This document shows, in pieces, positions 11,032-26,209 of a stretch of 64,000 bases of DNA. Below the pieces are notes generated by a model, which saw only the letters and a program-made list of their open reading frames with translations, ran no database searches and had not been told where the DNA came from. Numbering within the stretch: position 1 is the stretch's first letter; each line of letters begins with the position of its first letter. The DNA comes from the human T2T-CHM13v2.0 reference genome, Homo sapiens: assembly GCF_009914755.1 (NCBI RefSeq), contig NC_060931.1; one strand, given 5' to 3'. Position numbers and translations under genes: made by a program.

Positions 11032-11899
11032 AAGCTTTATGATCTATTTTTTTCTTCATAATGCTCTCTTACAATAAACCCAAGACAACCTAGAAAGGAA
11101 AAGTTGAAACCTAGCTGTGAGTTACTCAGTGGTCTAAACAGAGCTTTGGCAAATTTCATATATTCATAAACTGATGTCACTGAATTTGTTATTGATGGGA
11201 GAGCATGCCTGGGACTCCCTTATTCTTAAGTTAAGTTGCCCAGACAAAGGTTCAGCTTCATCATTTAGAGGCAAGGGCACATGTCAGCCCCGTCACTCTT
11301 GGGTGGGAAGACAAGGAAAATCCTTTGCTTGGGTAAAGGCAGGAGAAGTCAGAGGCATCCTGTGATCAAGTACCCAGGCAGGCGGAGGACGACTAGCAGT
11401 GGTGCTGGAGAACCGTCCGTCGGACATGCAAATAGGACAAAGCAAGCAAGTGCTCCATAGAAGTTGAAGAAAAACGCTTTCCTAAACCTATTATTTTCAC
11501 TTGGAGATAACTTGGATCCAAAGGATTACTGAGATTTTGGGGTCTAGGGAAGAAAATAGACTAGCTCAGAGGCCAAGTAAGTCACATAATGGCACTAATG
11601 AGATGCTAATGTCGCTTCCGGAATGAATTCCTTAGACTGCATCTATGAGTTAGGGGTTTTTGTGAGCTTTACTTAAGACTCTCCTTCCCTCTACTCCAAA
11701 GGTAAGGCTTTGTACTCTGAGTTCTCCTTGGCAAATTATTTTTTGCAGCAGTTCTTTTTCGCCGTCATGGTATAGTTCTTGGTATCATCTTATTAGGTGG
11801 CCTGTTGTCGTCCCTTTTTGTGTTCTAGGCATCCAAAAAGATACTTCATGTACCCAGGCCACCTAATTAAAGGGGTGTGCACTGTTTTTATAAACTGTT

Positions 11900-12350
11900 A
11901 TAAAAAATTTTATACATTAAATTGGAATGACAATACAATGAATTCCTAAATCCATACTATCTAAATTCAATAACTGTTCCTTTTTATCATGTTTTGCTTT
12001 AATTATATGTAATATAGATACATATTTTTTGCTGCATTGTTTGAAAGTAAATTGATAACCACCCATACATACACTGCTCCTAACTACTTTGAGGTCGTTC
12101 TATAAAATGAAGACACTCTTCTACATAACCACAAAATCTTACCATACCTAAGAAAACAAACAATTCCTTGGTACCCACAAATATCCAGCCTACATCCAAC
12201 TTCTCCCACTTTCTCCAAACAAAAGGTTTTTTATAGGTTTTTCAAACCCAGATCGCATCAAGGTTGATTCACTAAGACTCTTTGGTCTCTTTTAGCCTCA
12301 AAACACTACCCAACCTTTTCTTTGGCTTGTTTTATCATGACATACCACCT
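11900..12350 (-). mobile_element. old L1M (L1MC-like) fragment
   Basis: Degenerate motifs such as actcttctacataaccac and atatccagcctacatccaacttctccc. Confidence 0.5.
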
Positions 12351-13332
12351 TGTGAAAACCAGGCTCCAATCCTGGCTGTACCATTCACTTAGTCTGTTCC
12401 CTTGGCTTGTATTTAAGAACTGAACTTTAGTTTCTCCGTCTGACTTTCCTCATATATCATCCTCATTTTACAATCTCACTATGTGTATTAGAAGAACATC
12501 CAATTACCACGTGCCTGTGGTTGATGATTCCAAGTGGGTTCAGTGCTAATCAGTCAGGAGGTGCACTGCAGGCTGTTTACCTTGGGTCTGATTAGCATAA
12601 CATTCTTGTTCCTCATGGGCTTGGCCAGTTATCTTTTCATAAGGAGATCCCAGCACAAACTCATCCTTTATCATCATGGAGAAGCATCCACAGCACATAC
12701 CTATTGCTGCTAGGCTGGTTTTTAAAAAAAATCTCTGTGAATAAGGGAATAGAACACCAGGGCTATGGAGATGCGTGGCAATCATTTCATCAAAGATGTA
12801 AACAGCTTGTTGACTGCAGTGAAAGGCACATACTTTGTGAAGTGACAGGCAGTGACACATTTCAAGTGGATAGTAAATTTAAGCACCAAAACTGGGAAAA
12901 GTGCCAGGACAGAAGAATCACTGCAACTCTCAAATAATGGTTTCACTAATTCTGTGATTCCTTTAGGGACCCCCTGCATCCTTCTGTATATGCTACTCTA
13001 ATTCGCAGTATCAGTGACTGAAGTACAAAAGAAGCAGCCAGATTATTCTCATCAGTTACAAAACTCTAAAGTCTGCTTATTTTTGATAAATAACTAGTCA
13101 CAGTGTTTGCCTACTGCCTAGAAGTTTTTTCAAATGATTGACACTTCAGTTATGGGGAAAATTTTTCCTGAAGAATGAATTTCTTTTACTTATGTCTGAT
13201 AAGATCATATATATCTCATACACCAAATACATCACACACACTATATATTCAACCATGCCCTTAGCAGGGCCAAACAAATATGCTAAGTTTTTTACATTGT
13301 CTTTATGTATGCTTCTCAAAAATTCAGCAGAA

Positions 13333-14077
<745 letters not shown>

Positions 14078-14189
14078 TCAGAAGAATAAAGGTATGACAC
14101 ATTATTTTGCATCTGTGGGCTCTTCATATTAGCCCAGTGTGACAAGGTCATTTGGTATATCTTCCCACATTGCTTTTATGTCCTTGGGG

Positions 14190-15460
14190 AGAAAGTGGGG
14201 TACTGAGTTGGCAAGTAGTGACCACGCCAGGTACTCCTGTGTGGCAACAGCTGAGTAGTGGCAGTCGATTGTTTTCTGTGACATGAAAAGCCAGCAAACT
14301 GGCTTAAGGTCACTTCCCCTGGGGTTTGAGGATTTCACAAGGAGAGCTCTATCTGAGCAGGACATTTCTTTAAGAACGTAGCTTTGAAATGTTCGAGACA
14401 TCAGGACAAAACAGTCCCAACCTGAGTATTGAGGCTGGACTACAGATGCAACTGTTACGCAACAGAACACACTGTGATAAGACATCTTGAGTTGGGTCCT
14501 TGTTTTCACATAAAGCAAGAGGCTAGTTTCCTGAAAATAAGTCTCCATGAAGAGACTGGCTACCCAGTTAACGGCAAAAAACCCCCATGGCTCACTAGTA
14601 AAGAGATGGGAGAAAACCAGTTGATAAATTAAAAAGGGCTCATTCATTCTCTTTCCAGGGCATGCATAGGAGAACAGAGTGAGACAAGTGGGATCTGCTT
14701 ATTTTGTTGAGTCTTTCAGTGACTTTCAGCTGCAAGGGCAACTCTACTGAGAAGGAAAGATTTCACTCAGTAAACATTAGCATGTTTCCAACCCTGCCTA
14801 GCCTCTCATTTCCAACAATCAACTTGATTGTTCTGTATTTTTAGGCCAGGATACACTAGGGCTGAATTTCTGTAACTCAGGATGTTCTATTTTAATCATC
14901 AGCAATTTTAAGGCATGGCAACATCTGAAAGAAAAAAAAAACGTAATGACTCTTTCTTACACACAGAACATGCACTTAAAATTGTCAAAACTCTCCATCT
15001 CCAGCATTAAAACAATCATCTTTCAAGAACAAAATCCTTTCTCAGTGTCTCTCAGCCCACAAGCCATGAGAATGTGTCTCCATTTCAAAACCCAGTCTGT
15101 ACCGTCATGCTTCCGCTGTTTCTCAGCAAGCTGCCTTTCTTTGTAACTTTTTTCTTCCAAATCTGATTGATAGTGAAGCTGGAGCCTGAGATGTAAATTA
15201 ATAAACCACACCAGGAACTCCTTGCATGGCAAAAGCTGAACAGTACAAATCCATTGTTTTCCTGGATGTGAAATGCCAGTCTGTTCTTGCATGAGCAAAC
15301 TGGATTAAAGTCACTTTCCTTGGGGCCTGCGGATTTCACAAGGAGAACTGCATCTGAGCAGGACACTTCTTTAAGATGTAGCTTCAAAATGTTTGGGACA
15401 TTGGACACAATAGTCCTAAGCTGAGTATTCAGGCCGGACTATGGGTGCAACTGGTACTGC
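14190..15460. repeat. old diverged direct duplication (copy A ~14190-14460; copy B ~15175-15460)
   Basis: Colinear manual alignment over ~270 bp, for example ggatttcacaaggaga...atctgagcaggaca..tctttaaga in both copies. Confidence 0.85.
14925..14950 (-). other. strong splice acceptor (candidate alternative exon begins at 14924 and runs leftwards)
   Basis: Minus strand: cattacg, a long T tract, then ctttcag|ATG. Confidence 0.45.
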
Positions 15461-16649
15461 CCTGACGAGGGGCCACACAGCTCTAAGTCCTTCTTTGTTG
15501 CCCCATGTGCCTTGAATGGATGTTTTCTTATAGGAAGCGGATGAACAAGTTAACACAGGATCTGGCTGGGCTGCTTACTAGCTATGTGATCCTGGGCAAA
15601 TCATTTAATTTTTCTGAGCTTCGGTATCCTGATCTGGAGAATGGAGATGCGAATTTCTATATTGCAGTGGTTGTTAGGGTCATATGTAATGCAGTCTGTA
15701 AAAACAGTGGGTCACTTTTAAAGCACTATGTGAATGTTTGGTGTTTTATCAGCTGGATCAGAACACTGGAGTGCTTTTGAGGGAGAAGGCCAAAATGAAC
15801 TGAAAAGTGATGGGAAGTGTACTCTGTGAAATAGTCATAGCTTCCATTTTTGGAACACTTAACGCATGGCAGACACTATGCTATGTGCTTCACATGGACT
15901 TTCTTGGCATTCACAACCACTAACATGGTTGGTGGTGGCATCTTCGTCTTTCAGAAGAGGGGCTAGAGACTTAGAAAGGGTACATGACTTCACTTCCTCT
16001 TGGTCACAGAGCTGGAGTGGCAGACTGGGACTCAAACTCCAACATGCCTGATTGCCAGCCCAGGCATTCAGCCAGCACTCTTTACTGCTCTGTCCTTTAT
16101 ACCATTCAGCGCATCTTCACATGGACCTCTGAACAGTCACTGGCCCCAAGTCTCAGGGTTTCATCAGTAAGTACATGAGTAAACCATGAAAGCCAGCTTT
16201 GGTCATGAGGAGTAGAAGTAGCACCAAATAGCTCACCAAGAGAAAGGGAGAAAAATTGGAAATTAGCACAATTTGGCTTGCACTGAATGGTCAGAAGACC
16301 TGGACCCTCCACCACACTTCTGACATGCAGTGTGACCTTAGGCCAGTCCCATCTTCTCTAAAGCTTCATTTTCCCACTAACCTTAAAGAAGTTCAAGTCA
16401 AAGAGCACAGCGATGAGTCCCACAGATCATGCTTGAGATGGTGACAGTGTTAAAATACTGACTCCAAAATACAGCCTGGCAGTTTATCTTCTCGAGTTTC
16501 CTGTTTCTATGACACTGTACGGTGAGATGGCCAAATGCAGACCCCAGAGCCAGAATGCCAAGCTCTGCCACCAGCTCCTCACACAACCCTGCACAAATCA
16601 CTTTAACTCTCTGTGCCTCAGTCTCCTCATCTGTAAAATGAGGGTAATA

Positions 16650-16963
<314 letters not shown>

Positions 16964-17445
16964 CTAGCACATAAGGTTGTTGTGAGGATTAAATCAGGTA
17001 AATATGATGAAGCCATCTGAACCAGTGTTAGCACAATGTAAATATTCAGTAAATGGTAGCTATGATAATAAACGTAATACATTAGTTTTCAATAAGCACA
17101 TTATAAACAGAGATGTGGCTAAGAGATCCACCACAGCTGGTAAATGGAGAGGGTGCAGAGATCCTGCTGTCACATGCTTTGCCATACATTGACACATTCT
17201 GGAGTAACTGACTGCAAAGCTGAAATGGCATCCCCAACTGAATTTACTGAAATTCATATATTTAATATTTTTGACTGCCTTCTCTTCTTCCCAGTCTAAG
17301 ACCTGAATATGGGATCTATACCCTTGTTTTTAAGCAGGAGTTCATGTTATAGATTCTTCCTGACCGTAAACCGGGAGTTGGGTGGTTGAGAGAAAAAGAG
17401 TAGAGATCAAATACTAATGATCATTTAAAAAAACATATCAGGCTT

Positions 17446-17753
<308 letters not shown>

Positions 17754-17814
17754 TCATCCAGGGACAAAATAAAACTCCCTTGAGGTTGACTTATAAGCAG
17801 AAGCCTCTACTTAC

Positions 17815-17933
17815 GTAGGTGTAAAAGCAGTCTGTTAACAGATATTTTCCAGGCACAGAAATCCTCAGGAGGCATTTGTTCAGAAGACCTGCACCTGGAA
17901 TTTAAATGACAGTATGAGCTCCTAGGAAATCTC
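17815..17933 (-). ncRNA. host transcript 119-nt internal exon
   Basis: Minus strand: branch-like CTGAC + tttttcttctgctgttactccag|G ... CTAC|gtaagt. Confidence 0.7.
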
Positions 17934-18674
17934 CTGGAGTAACAGCAGAAGAAAAAGTCAGTTGTTTTCTCGTAAACATGTTTCTCCACCAGTGTCACCA
18001 ACAGATGCATTTTTAAAAACAAGAAATAGAAAGCACCTTCTCTTTCCTGCTTAAGACACACAGGTTGGGAAAGTTCCTGTACAGTGAGCAACACATGCCC
18101 CCTCATGCTGGTGCTCTGTGCGGGAGAAAACGTGAGGTGTGGCCGTTGCTAAGGAAACCGCTGACACGAGGCAGAGCAGCAAGGTTTGCTCAGCAAGGTG
18201 TCTTAGGAAATAAAACACAGTCTAAGCCTATAGATCCCATCACAGAAGAAAGGCAGGCAAGGATCCCGCACAGGAGACGGTAGAAGGCTTCTATTTTCAC
18301 AACTGATTCTGCAGCCTCGTGCTGTAGCAGTACAGGCTGCAGAAGGTTTGTGGAGGGGAGCGCCGGTCTGCAAGGACGGTCTGTGACGGCTTCAGAATCA
18401 GGTGGAGGGCAACTGAGAAGAATGGAAACCACCTCACATTCTCTCCTACCTGGTCTAACTTTACAGACGAAATGCATCTTTCAGCTGCATCACAAGAGAG
18501 GAAGCCAAGGTCGTAGGGTCTTCATTTCTGAAAACTGATTGTTCAAGTAAATCCTTCAGTCGTCCCCCTGATGCGACCTGCTAGGGAAGCTGGGAGTGCC
18601 TTCACAGTGGCTCCAAGGGGGTGTCCTTATAGGGGATTACATCTCAAGACACATTTTACCCAGCAAGAGGCTGC

Positions 18675-18685
18675 ATGACTCAGCA
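18675..18685 (+). promoter_or_regulatory. antioxidant response element (NRF2/BACH1-MAF) with embedded AP-1 site
   Basis: Perfect ATGACTCAGCA in unique sequence. Confidence 0.45.
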
Positions 18686-19264
18686 GTCTGATGAAGAAAG
18701 CTCTGTTAAGTTACCACCAATTGCAATTTCTAAGTTAATGATTACAGCTCCACCGAGGAACCAGAACACAGCTGAGGCCACAGAGCATTCCCCGTGCTTA
18801 CTGGCCAGTGGGGATGATGTTGCCCAGATGTGTGGGTCGGAGCTGAATGGTGAAGACAATGATTTGTGATTCGCAGGTGGACTCTTTAAGCCAGGTGCTA
18901 CTGAACATGCTCTTCAGTGACTGGGAAGCTCTCAAGAAAGATGATATCACAACAGGAACAGATTATGTTGGGAAGATTCTTGAGAGTTGAGATTAAAATC
19001 CAAGAGGAGCTCGGCCAGTAAAATAAATGGTCAGAAAAAGCCATTTGATACTGTCCTACAACAGAAAATACATCTAAAAAATCAAGCTGAGAAGTACAGA
19101 TGGGAAGGAAGAGGCAGTGGGGTAAAACAACAATCAAACCAACGTGAAGCTACCGAACACACAGAATTCTGGAATATTTAAACACTATCATAATAGCATG
19201 TTTCCAAAATTGTCTGATTATAAAAATGGGTATAGAAAACCAACGTCAGACAGGAGCTCTTTCA

Positions 19265-19575
19265 TTTTTTTCTTTTTTTTTTTTTTTTTGTGAGATAGTC
19301 TCACTCTGTCACCCAGGCTGGAGTGCAGTGGCATGATCTTGACTCATTGTAACCTCCGCCTCCTGGGTTCGAGCGATTTTTTCTCATGCCTCAGCCTCCC
19401 AAGTAGCTGGAGTTTTAGGCGTGTGCCACTACACCCAGCTAATTTTTGTATTTTTAGTAGAGATGGGGTTTTGCCATGTTGGCCACGCTGGTCTTGACCT
19501 CCTGACCTCAGGTGATCCGCCCACCTCGGCCTCCCAAAGTGTTGGGATTATAGGTGTGAGCCACCGCGCCCAGCC
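19265..19575 (-). mobile_element. AluS
   Basis: Full-length reverse Alu with TSD ctctttca. Confidence 0.92.
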
Positions 19576-22500
19576 CTCTTTCACTTTTCAACAGTAACTG
19601 AAGTCTGTGTCAGATTGTGAGGAACACCTGTCTGCTGCTTTCTGGAAGCTTTCAGTATTTGAAAAAGTGGCTAGGGAAGCTGCTGGGAAGTCCTTCAATT
19701 AACCTTAAAAAGCATGTAATAAAACCTAATTATAGAGCATGCTTCTTTCATCCTCTCTGTCACTCCTTTAGAGAATGTGGTGACTTTCTAAGCCACTGTC
19801 CCTGCAACCTCCTAGGATTTAGATGTATGAACATTATTTACAGATGGGAAAAACAGAGCACTGAAAGTTTTGGTCAAGAAAACCGTACGGGTTAGTGATG
19901 GGGTTTCTCAATTGTGAAGACCTGAGCTTGACAAATGCATTTTCAGCTTCCCAGGATACCCCTGGCTCCTCAGTGAGCACTGGAAGTTTGTCCCTTCTAT
20001 AGCAGCCCTTGGCAGTTCCAGTCTAGGGGCAGAAGCCAGCCTGCCACTGCAGAGAAGAGCAGCAAGTTCCAGCCCAGCCGGCGAGCACGCTGCACTCATG
20101 GGCTTCCCAAGGCTCTGGCGGGAAGTCACGGGTCAAGTGAGGTCTTCTTAGGTGCTCAACAGTCACACTCTGGGGCCTGAAAGGTCTTAGAAGCTTATCT
20201 CTGTCAATCTCTGCTTAGAATCAAATCGATCAATCAATACCTTTTCCTTCTCTTTGCTTCTCCTACTGAGCCCCAGCATATTTGAGTGAAGGTACTTACA
20301 TGTACGTAGCCTTTTAAAAGCCAAGTACTATCAAGTGAGCTCCCATTTCAAGGCACGTTTGAACTGGGAATAGAAAGACGGGCAGCTTAAGCTTTGGGAT
20401 CATACAGACCCGGATTCAAATTTCACTTGTTACACAGCCTTGGCAAGCTATTCAATCCTTTTGGGGCTTTAGTTTTTTGTTTTTGTTTTGTTTTTTTAAT
20501 TTATAAAGTAGAAATGATGTTAACTCTCAGAGTTGTTGTGAAAACACAGCTGACTCAAATAAAATACAAGATACATAGATTTTCAACACATTAACCCCCA
20601 CCACCCCACCACTTTCCCCTGTGAGGGGATGGCACATCTAACATTTTTGGGTAAAATTTCCAGAAGATCTATACAGTCGAGTTGTTAAAAACTGGTGTGA
20701 AAGACTAAAATAAGATTAGGCATCAGTAAATCAAGGCTGCGGGTGGGTCTGGGGGCTTCTCTGGAGGGAAAGGCCAGACCAAGGGATGTCCCAACAGGAA
20801 GTTAGGAGTCTGGGGAAAGACAGATATGATCTGAAACTGGGACCAGGAAATTCCAACCATTTCTGCCTACTGATTACTCATCATTGATTCACCAAGTTTA
20901 CAATTTACCAGGAGGATATGGGAGCAAACGAGAGGTAAATCCCACTGAAGTTTAAAACATAAAAATAGACAATGACAGAGGGTGTCAAAGGAAACCACAG
21001 GGCATGGCGGGGGCAAACACAGGAGGCGCCGGTCCCCGTGAGCCAGACACAGGAGGGACATGCCACTTCTTCCACGAGGGACTAACTAGCAGCAATGCTG
21101 CAGAGACACAGGTCACTTCTCAACATTCCTGGTCAAGACAGACCTCTTAAAATCATGGGTAAATATCCACCGACTGCCTCCTAGAAGCCCGCACTGTGCT
21201 GCACGCTGCTGGGGAATACTGAGGAGGGGATGTGAAATGTCTGTATGTGACCCAGGACCTAACTGTGGAATGGAGTCCAATTCTCAGGGACAGAGAAAGT
21301 GCTCCGGTGTGTCCTGCTGGTGGAGAGCACAATCGTCACTGGAGACTGGATGAGCTCAGGGCAGGCTGATGGATTATTCAGGAGAGGCTTCATAGGGGCC
21401 AGGGGCCTGAGCTGGGCTCTCCAGGGGTGCAGCCTGGGCAGGGGAGAAAGGGAGAACTCTAGGAAGGGGACGGTAAAATCATGCCAGATGTGGCAGGGGT
21501 GAAGACAGTGGGGGATTGGGCAGAGCCATGGTAGACATCCCACCGCCAGGGATCAGAGATGACAGGGCAGCAGGCGTGCGGGGGTGGAGCCCACATGTAG
21601 ATCCCCCGCCCCCGCACACAGGGTCAAAGTTAGCTGGGATCAGGGATGACGGGGGGGTGAGAAGAAGCGTGGATTTTATGAAGAGTAGAAGAAACAGATG
21701 TTTGTTAAGACCTAACATGTGGGAGGCACTGCTGTGGACAGGAGTGAGTGAGACGCAGGGCCGGTCTTCATGGAGTTTACAAGCTGGCGGGGGATACAGC
21801 CCTGTGGACAGATAACTGTCATTACACGGGCTAAACACTAGCATAGGGGGAATTCTAGGAGATACAGGGACCCACAGGTATGGCACCAGACTATGGGGTC
21901 AGAATAAGATCTCACCACAGAGGTATGAGCAAAAAGAAACAGGATATGGTCTGTTCCTTTCAAGCTTCCCACAGGGGCCAGGAGCCCCTTTTGCAGGATG
22001 TCTTAATAAATGGGACATAAAGGTACCCATTTGTCTAGAGTGCAGTGTTGGCTGCAGACAGTGAACATATGAAATGATGCCCTTAAAATGCCCTTTGGCT
22101 CAAAACGAGTCCCCTTCCCTGACCCTAGCTTTAGAAATCAAAAGGAAGATGATCATGTCATGGGACCCCAAATTACACTCACACTGCAGGTGAAACACTG
22201 GGGTGACTTTCACACGCACAGCTAAGAAGGAAGCCAGTTTCCGTATGACTGCAAGTGCACAGAAAATCTAGCATGCCGAAGAGGAGGAGCAGTGGAGGGG
22301 AGTGCTCGCTTAGGAGGGACCCAGGAGCGTGCAGAGCCTCTGTCCTGAATCTGCTCCCTCTATGTAAGGAGGCCATGAATAAGGTACCCATTCCAAGAAC
22401 AACAGCAAGGGGAGGGTTAGGAGACATTCTCATCCAATGTGAATATAAAAATCTTAAGAAGAAAACAATACCCACTGCTTTCTGTTCCATTGTCCCAGCT

Positions 22501-22785
22501 TACTGTGTGATTTTCTGTTAGGAGAACTGTACCCACAGCTTTAATTTGATGCATTTGCTGGATCATGCTTTTTTAAACAAATATAAAGCAGAGAAGAAAA
22601 AAAATCCAAGGTAGATTTCAGTTAAACTATCACCACCACGACTCTCCAATTCACTCCCGTGTAGAAAATGTGCATTTGTTTCTACGGAGCATGTGTAGAC
22701 AGCCCTAGCTCCCTGGAAGAGAGATCTGAGGGAAGGCCATTATGGACGCACAGTGGTCTTAACACAGCGAAACTCCTCTCTTCAG

Positions 22786-23430
<645 letters not shown>

Positions 23431-23446
23431 TTAAAAATAAAGACAA

Positions 23447-23668
23447 GGTGGGGCGCAGTGGCTCATGCATGTAATCCTAGCACTTTGGGAAGACGAGACA
23501 GGTGGATCACTTGAGGTCAGGAGTTCGAGAGCAGCCTGGCCAACATGGCGGAACCCCGTCTCTACTAAAAATACAAAAATTAGGCGAGCTAAGAGATCAC
23601 AGCACTGCACTCCAGCCTGGGTGATGGAGCGAGACTCTGTCTCAAAAAAATAAAAATAAAATAAAAAT
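23447..23668 (+). mobile_element. AluS with an internal right-arm deletion
   Basis: The left arm is intact; the sequence jumps from ttaggc to gagctaagagatcac. Confidence 0.85.
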
Positions 23669-25442
23669 TAATACAGGTGTTGGGAATGAGGTCTGGGAGG
23701 TGGCTGTCATTTATCTCTAAAATCATGCTAGAAGCTAAATATATAATCATTTTTCCTCCACGTTGTTTCCATGGGCTTAGAAGAGGGAAAAAATGGCACT
23801 TAGTGTTACTAGGACCAAAAGACAGCTCCTCCTACTAAAAGATCATCCTGGAGTTGCTTAACTGAATATTTATGACATACTAACATCCTTTGGGGGAAAA
23901 CACGTTTCGAAATAATCAATTAAAAAAAGCAAAGTGATCAATGACAGCTGTTTAAACACCACCTGGAAAAATAGGATTTACTCCACAGCAGCTCCCTGGG
24001 TGCAGAGATCTTGGTGCAGATCCCATTTCGCTGACTTGCTTTCTCTCCTTAGACAAATGTGTGTGGCGGGGCTGAGTACCTGCTCATGTCCTTTTCTGGG
24101 GACGCCACACATGGCTGGTTTCTGGCCCTTGGGGACAGTGGCTCAGGTCCAGAGGAGAACCCTTACTGGCTGTAGTGTGGTGGGCACAGCAGGGGTGGGC
24201 CGGTTCACCTCCTGGCTTTGAAGAAATGGGTTCTCTCCTATGGCATCTGTGATTCCCAAAGTCCTCAATCAAGCAGGAAGGGGGTGAGTCGATGGCTCTT
24301 CCCAAGGCCTTCTCCTCCCATGGACGGCTTCTCTGTCCGAGTTCTCTCGCCGTTTCTCCCCCTTTACTCCATCCCAAGAGGCACTTGTGAGCTTCAAGGG
24401 CATCTTCTAAATATTACATTCACTCAGTGCCCCAAAGAGGACAGCCTGTTCTTAGAACATTGCTCAATTCTTTCTCCTGCGGTAAGGATTCAGTTTGTTT
24501 TATTAAGAACTAGTGTGGCATAAGTTCATTCTCATCCAAAAAAAAAAAAAAAAAGAAGTATATCAAGTCTCTTCTTTTGGCATATAGTAGATAGAATTGT
24601 TATTATTCTTGTTTCTGTCCCAGAGCTAATACATTCACGACACACGGGCAAAGGATATTTTGAAAAAGCTGTCTATGGCAAATAACTGATTTGTTTCATT
24701 TTGTAAAAATGAAGTTCTCCTTTCTGACCCAAGTCGTTTTCTAAACGATCTCAAAGGGCAAGCTGCCTCTTCCAGCGGGAGGCTGAGGCCACGCTGGAAC
24801 CTCCTTCCGAGGTCTGGACAAGAGCTGTGTGGTGCAGAGGAGGGAGGGCTGGGCCCAGAACCCAGAGGTCTGCCTCGGGCTGGCCTCTCTCTCCAGTCCT
24901 GTGACCTCTGGCTGACCAAAGCCTCCTTGGTTCCGTCCCTTCATGTCTGAAATAAGCAAGCTATATTTAATAGTTTTCCTTTTGCTCTAAAATAAGATGA
25001 TTCTGAAATACAACATTAAGTGTGAGGCTGGTTTCTGCTTTGGACCTCACCTAAGGGGTTTTAGTCATAAGCCCATGCGTGGAAACTGGCCCTGCCAAAA
25101 AAGAAACATTCTGAATCATTCAAAACCATTAAGAATGTTGGCTCTGACTTCAGAAAGGCAAGATAAACAGACCCGTGCCCAGCGGGAACTCACTTACTGG
25201 ATGTCTCTGTGTTTTTAACTCATCGGTGCCTGAGTACTTCCCAGGTTCCTTCGAATGGCTTCAATGTTTAACGCTGTCACATTTGTACTATGAACTCCAC
25301 TTTCATAAAGGCGGGGGCAGGGGGGTATTTAATTTGGTGCTAAGTGCTCATTAATCTTTTTAGTGTGGTCACCAGAACTGGCTTTTTTGCAGCCTCTAAT
25401 CCAAAAGCAGGTTAATTCTCCTGCCCCACACAGGTTATAAAG

Positions 25443-25965
25443 TTAAGAAAATGTGGCACATATACACCATGGAATACTATGCAGCCATAAAAAATGATGA
25501 GTTCATGTCCTTTGTAGGGACATGGATGAAATTGGAAACCATCATTCTCAGTAAACTATCGCAAGAACAAAAAACCAAACACTGCATATTCTCACTCATA
25601 GGTGGGAATTGAACAATGAGATCACATGGACACAGGAAGGGGAATATCACACTCTGGGGACTGTGGTGGGGTCGGGGGAGGGGGGAGGGATAGCATTGGG
25701 AGATATACCTAATGCTAGATGACACGTTAGTGGGTGCAGCGCACCAGCATGGCACATGTATACATATGTAACTAACCTGCACAATGTGCACATGTACCCT
25801 AAAACTTAGAGTATAATAAAAAAAAAACATTAAATAAAAAAAAATAAAAAAAAAAAAAGAGTGAAAAAGTTGGGTCAAAAGATGAATCTGTTGTACATGT
25901 TGGTATATGTCACTGAATTGTCCTCTGGAAATGTGCCAAATCAATAAACTCATAAATGTCTTCTG

Positions 25966-25994
<29 letters not shown>
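25443..25994 (+). mobile_element. 5'-truncated L1HS (pre-Ta) with 3' transduction
   Basis: L1 ORF2 end and 3'UTR at 25443-25820 with diagnostic ACG (25724-25726) and G (25809). A-rich tail to 25858, unique 25859-25965 with AATAAA at 25943-25948, then A29 at 25966-25994. Confidence 0.9.
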
Positions 25995-25996
<2 letters not shown>

Positions 25997-26209
25997 AATA
26001 AAGCTTCCCCGCCCAGCCTTTAAAGTCCTTTTCCCCTAAACAATACTCCAAAATCAATGAATCTAGAGATTCTTTGCACCGGAGTGGTTTCCAAATCAAT
26101 TGACCTCTAAGCTCCAAATGCATTTTGATTCTGCTTCTATTGATCTGAAATAATAAAGGCTATGGAATTGGGATATGGTTCTGGTTTCTAGTGGAGTTTA
26201 CCTGAAAAA

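Noticed and set aside
21520-21660. Imperfect G-rich direct repeat (gggatcag.gatgac.ggg twice)
   Set aside because: Short, degenerate local duplication with no supportable function.
25477-25953. 158-aa minus-strand ORF
   Set aside because: Antisense reading of the L1HS 3' end and its tails.
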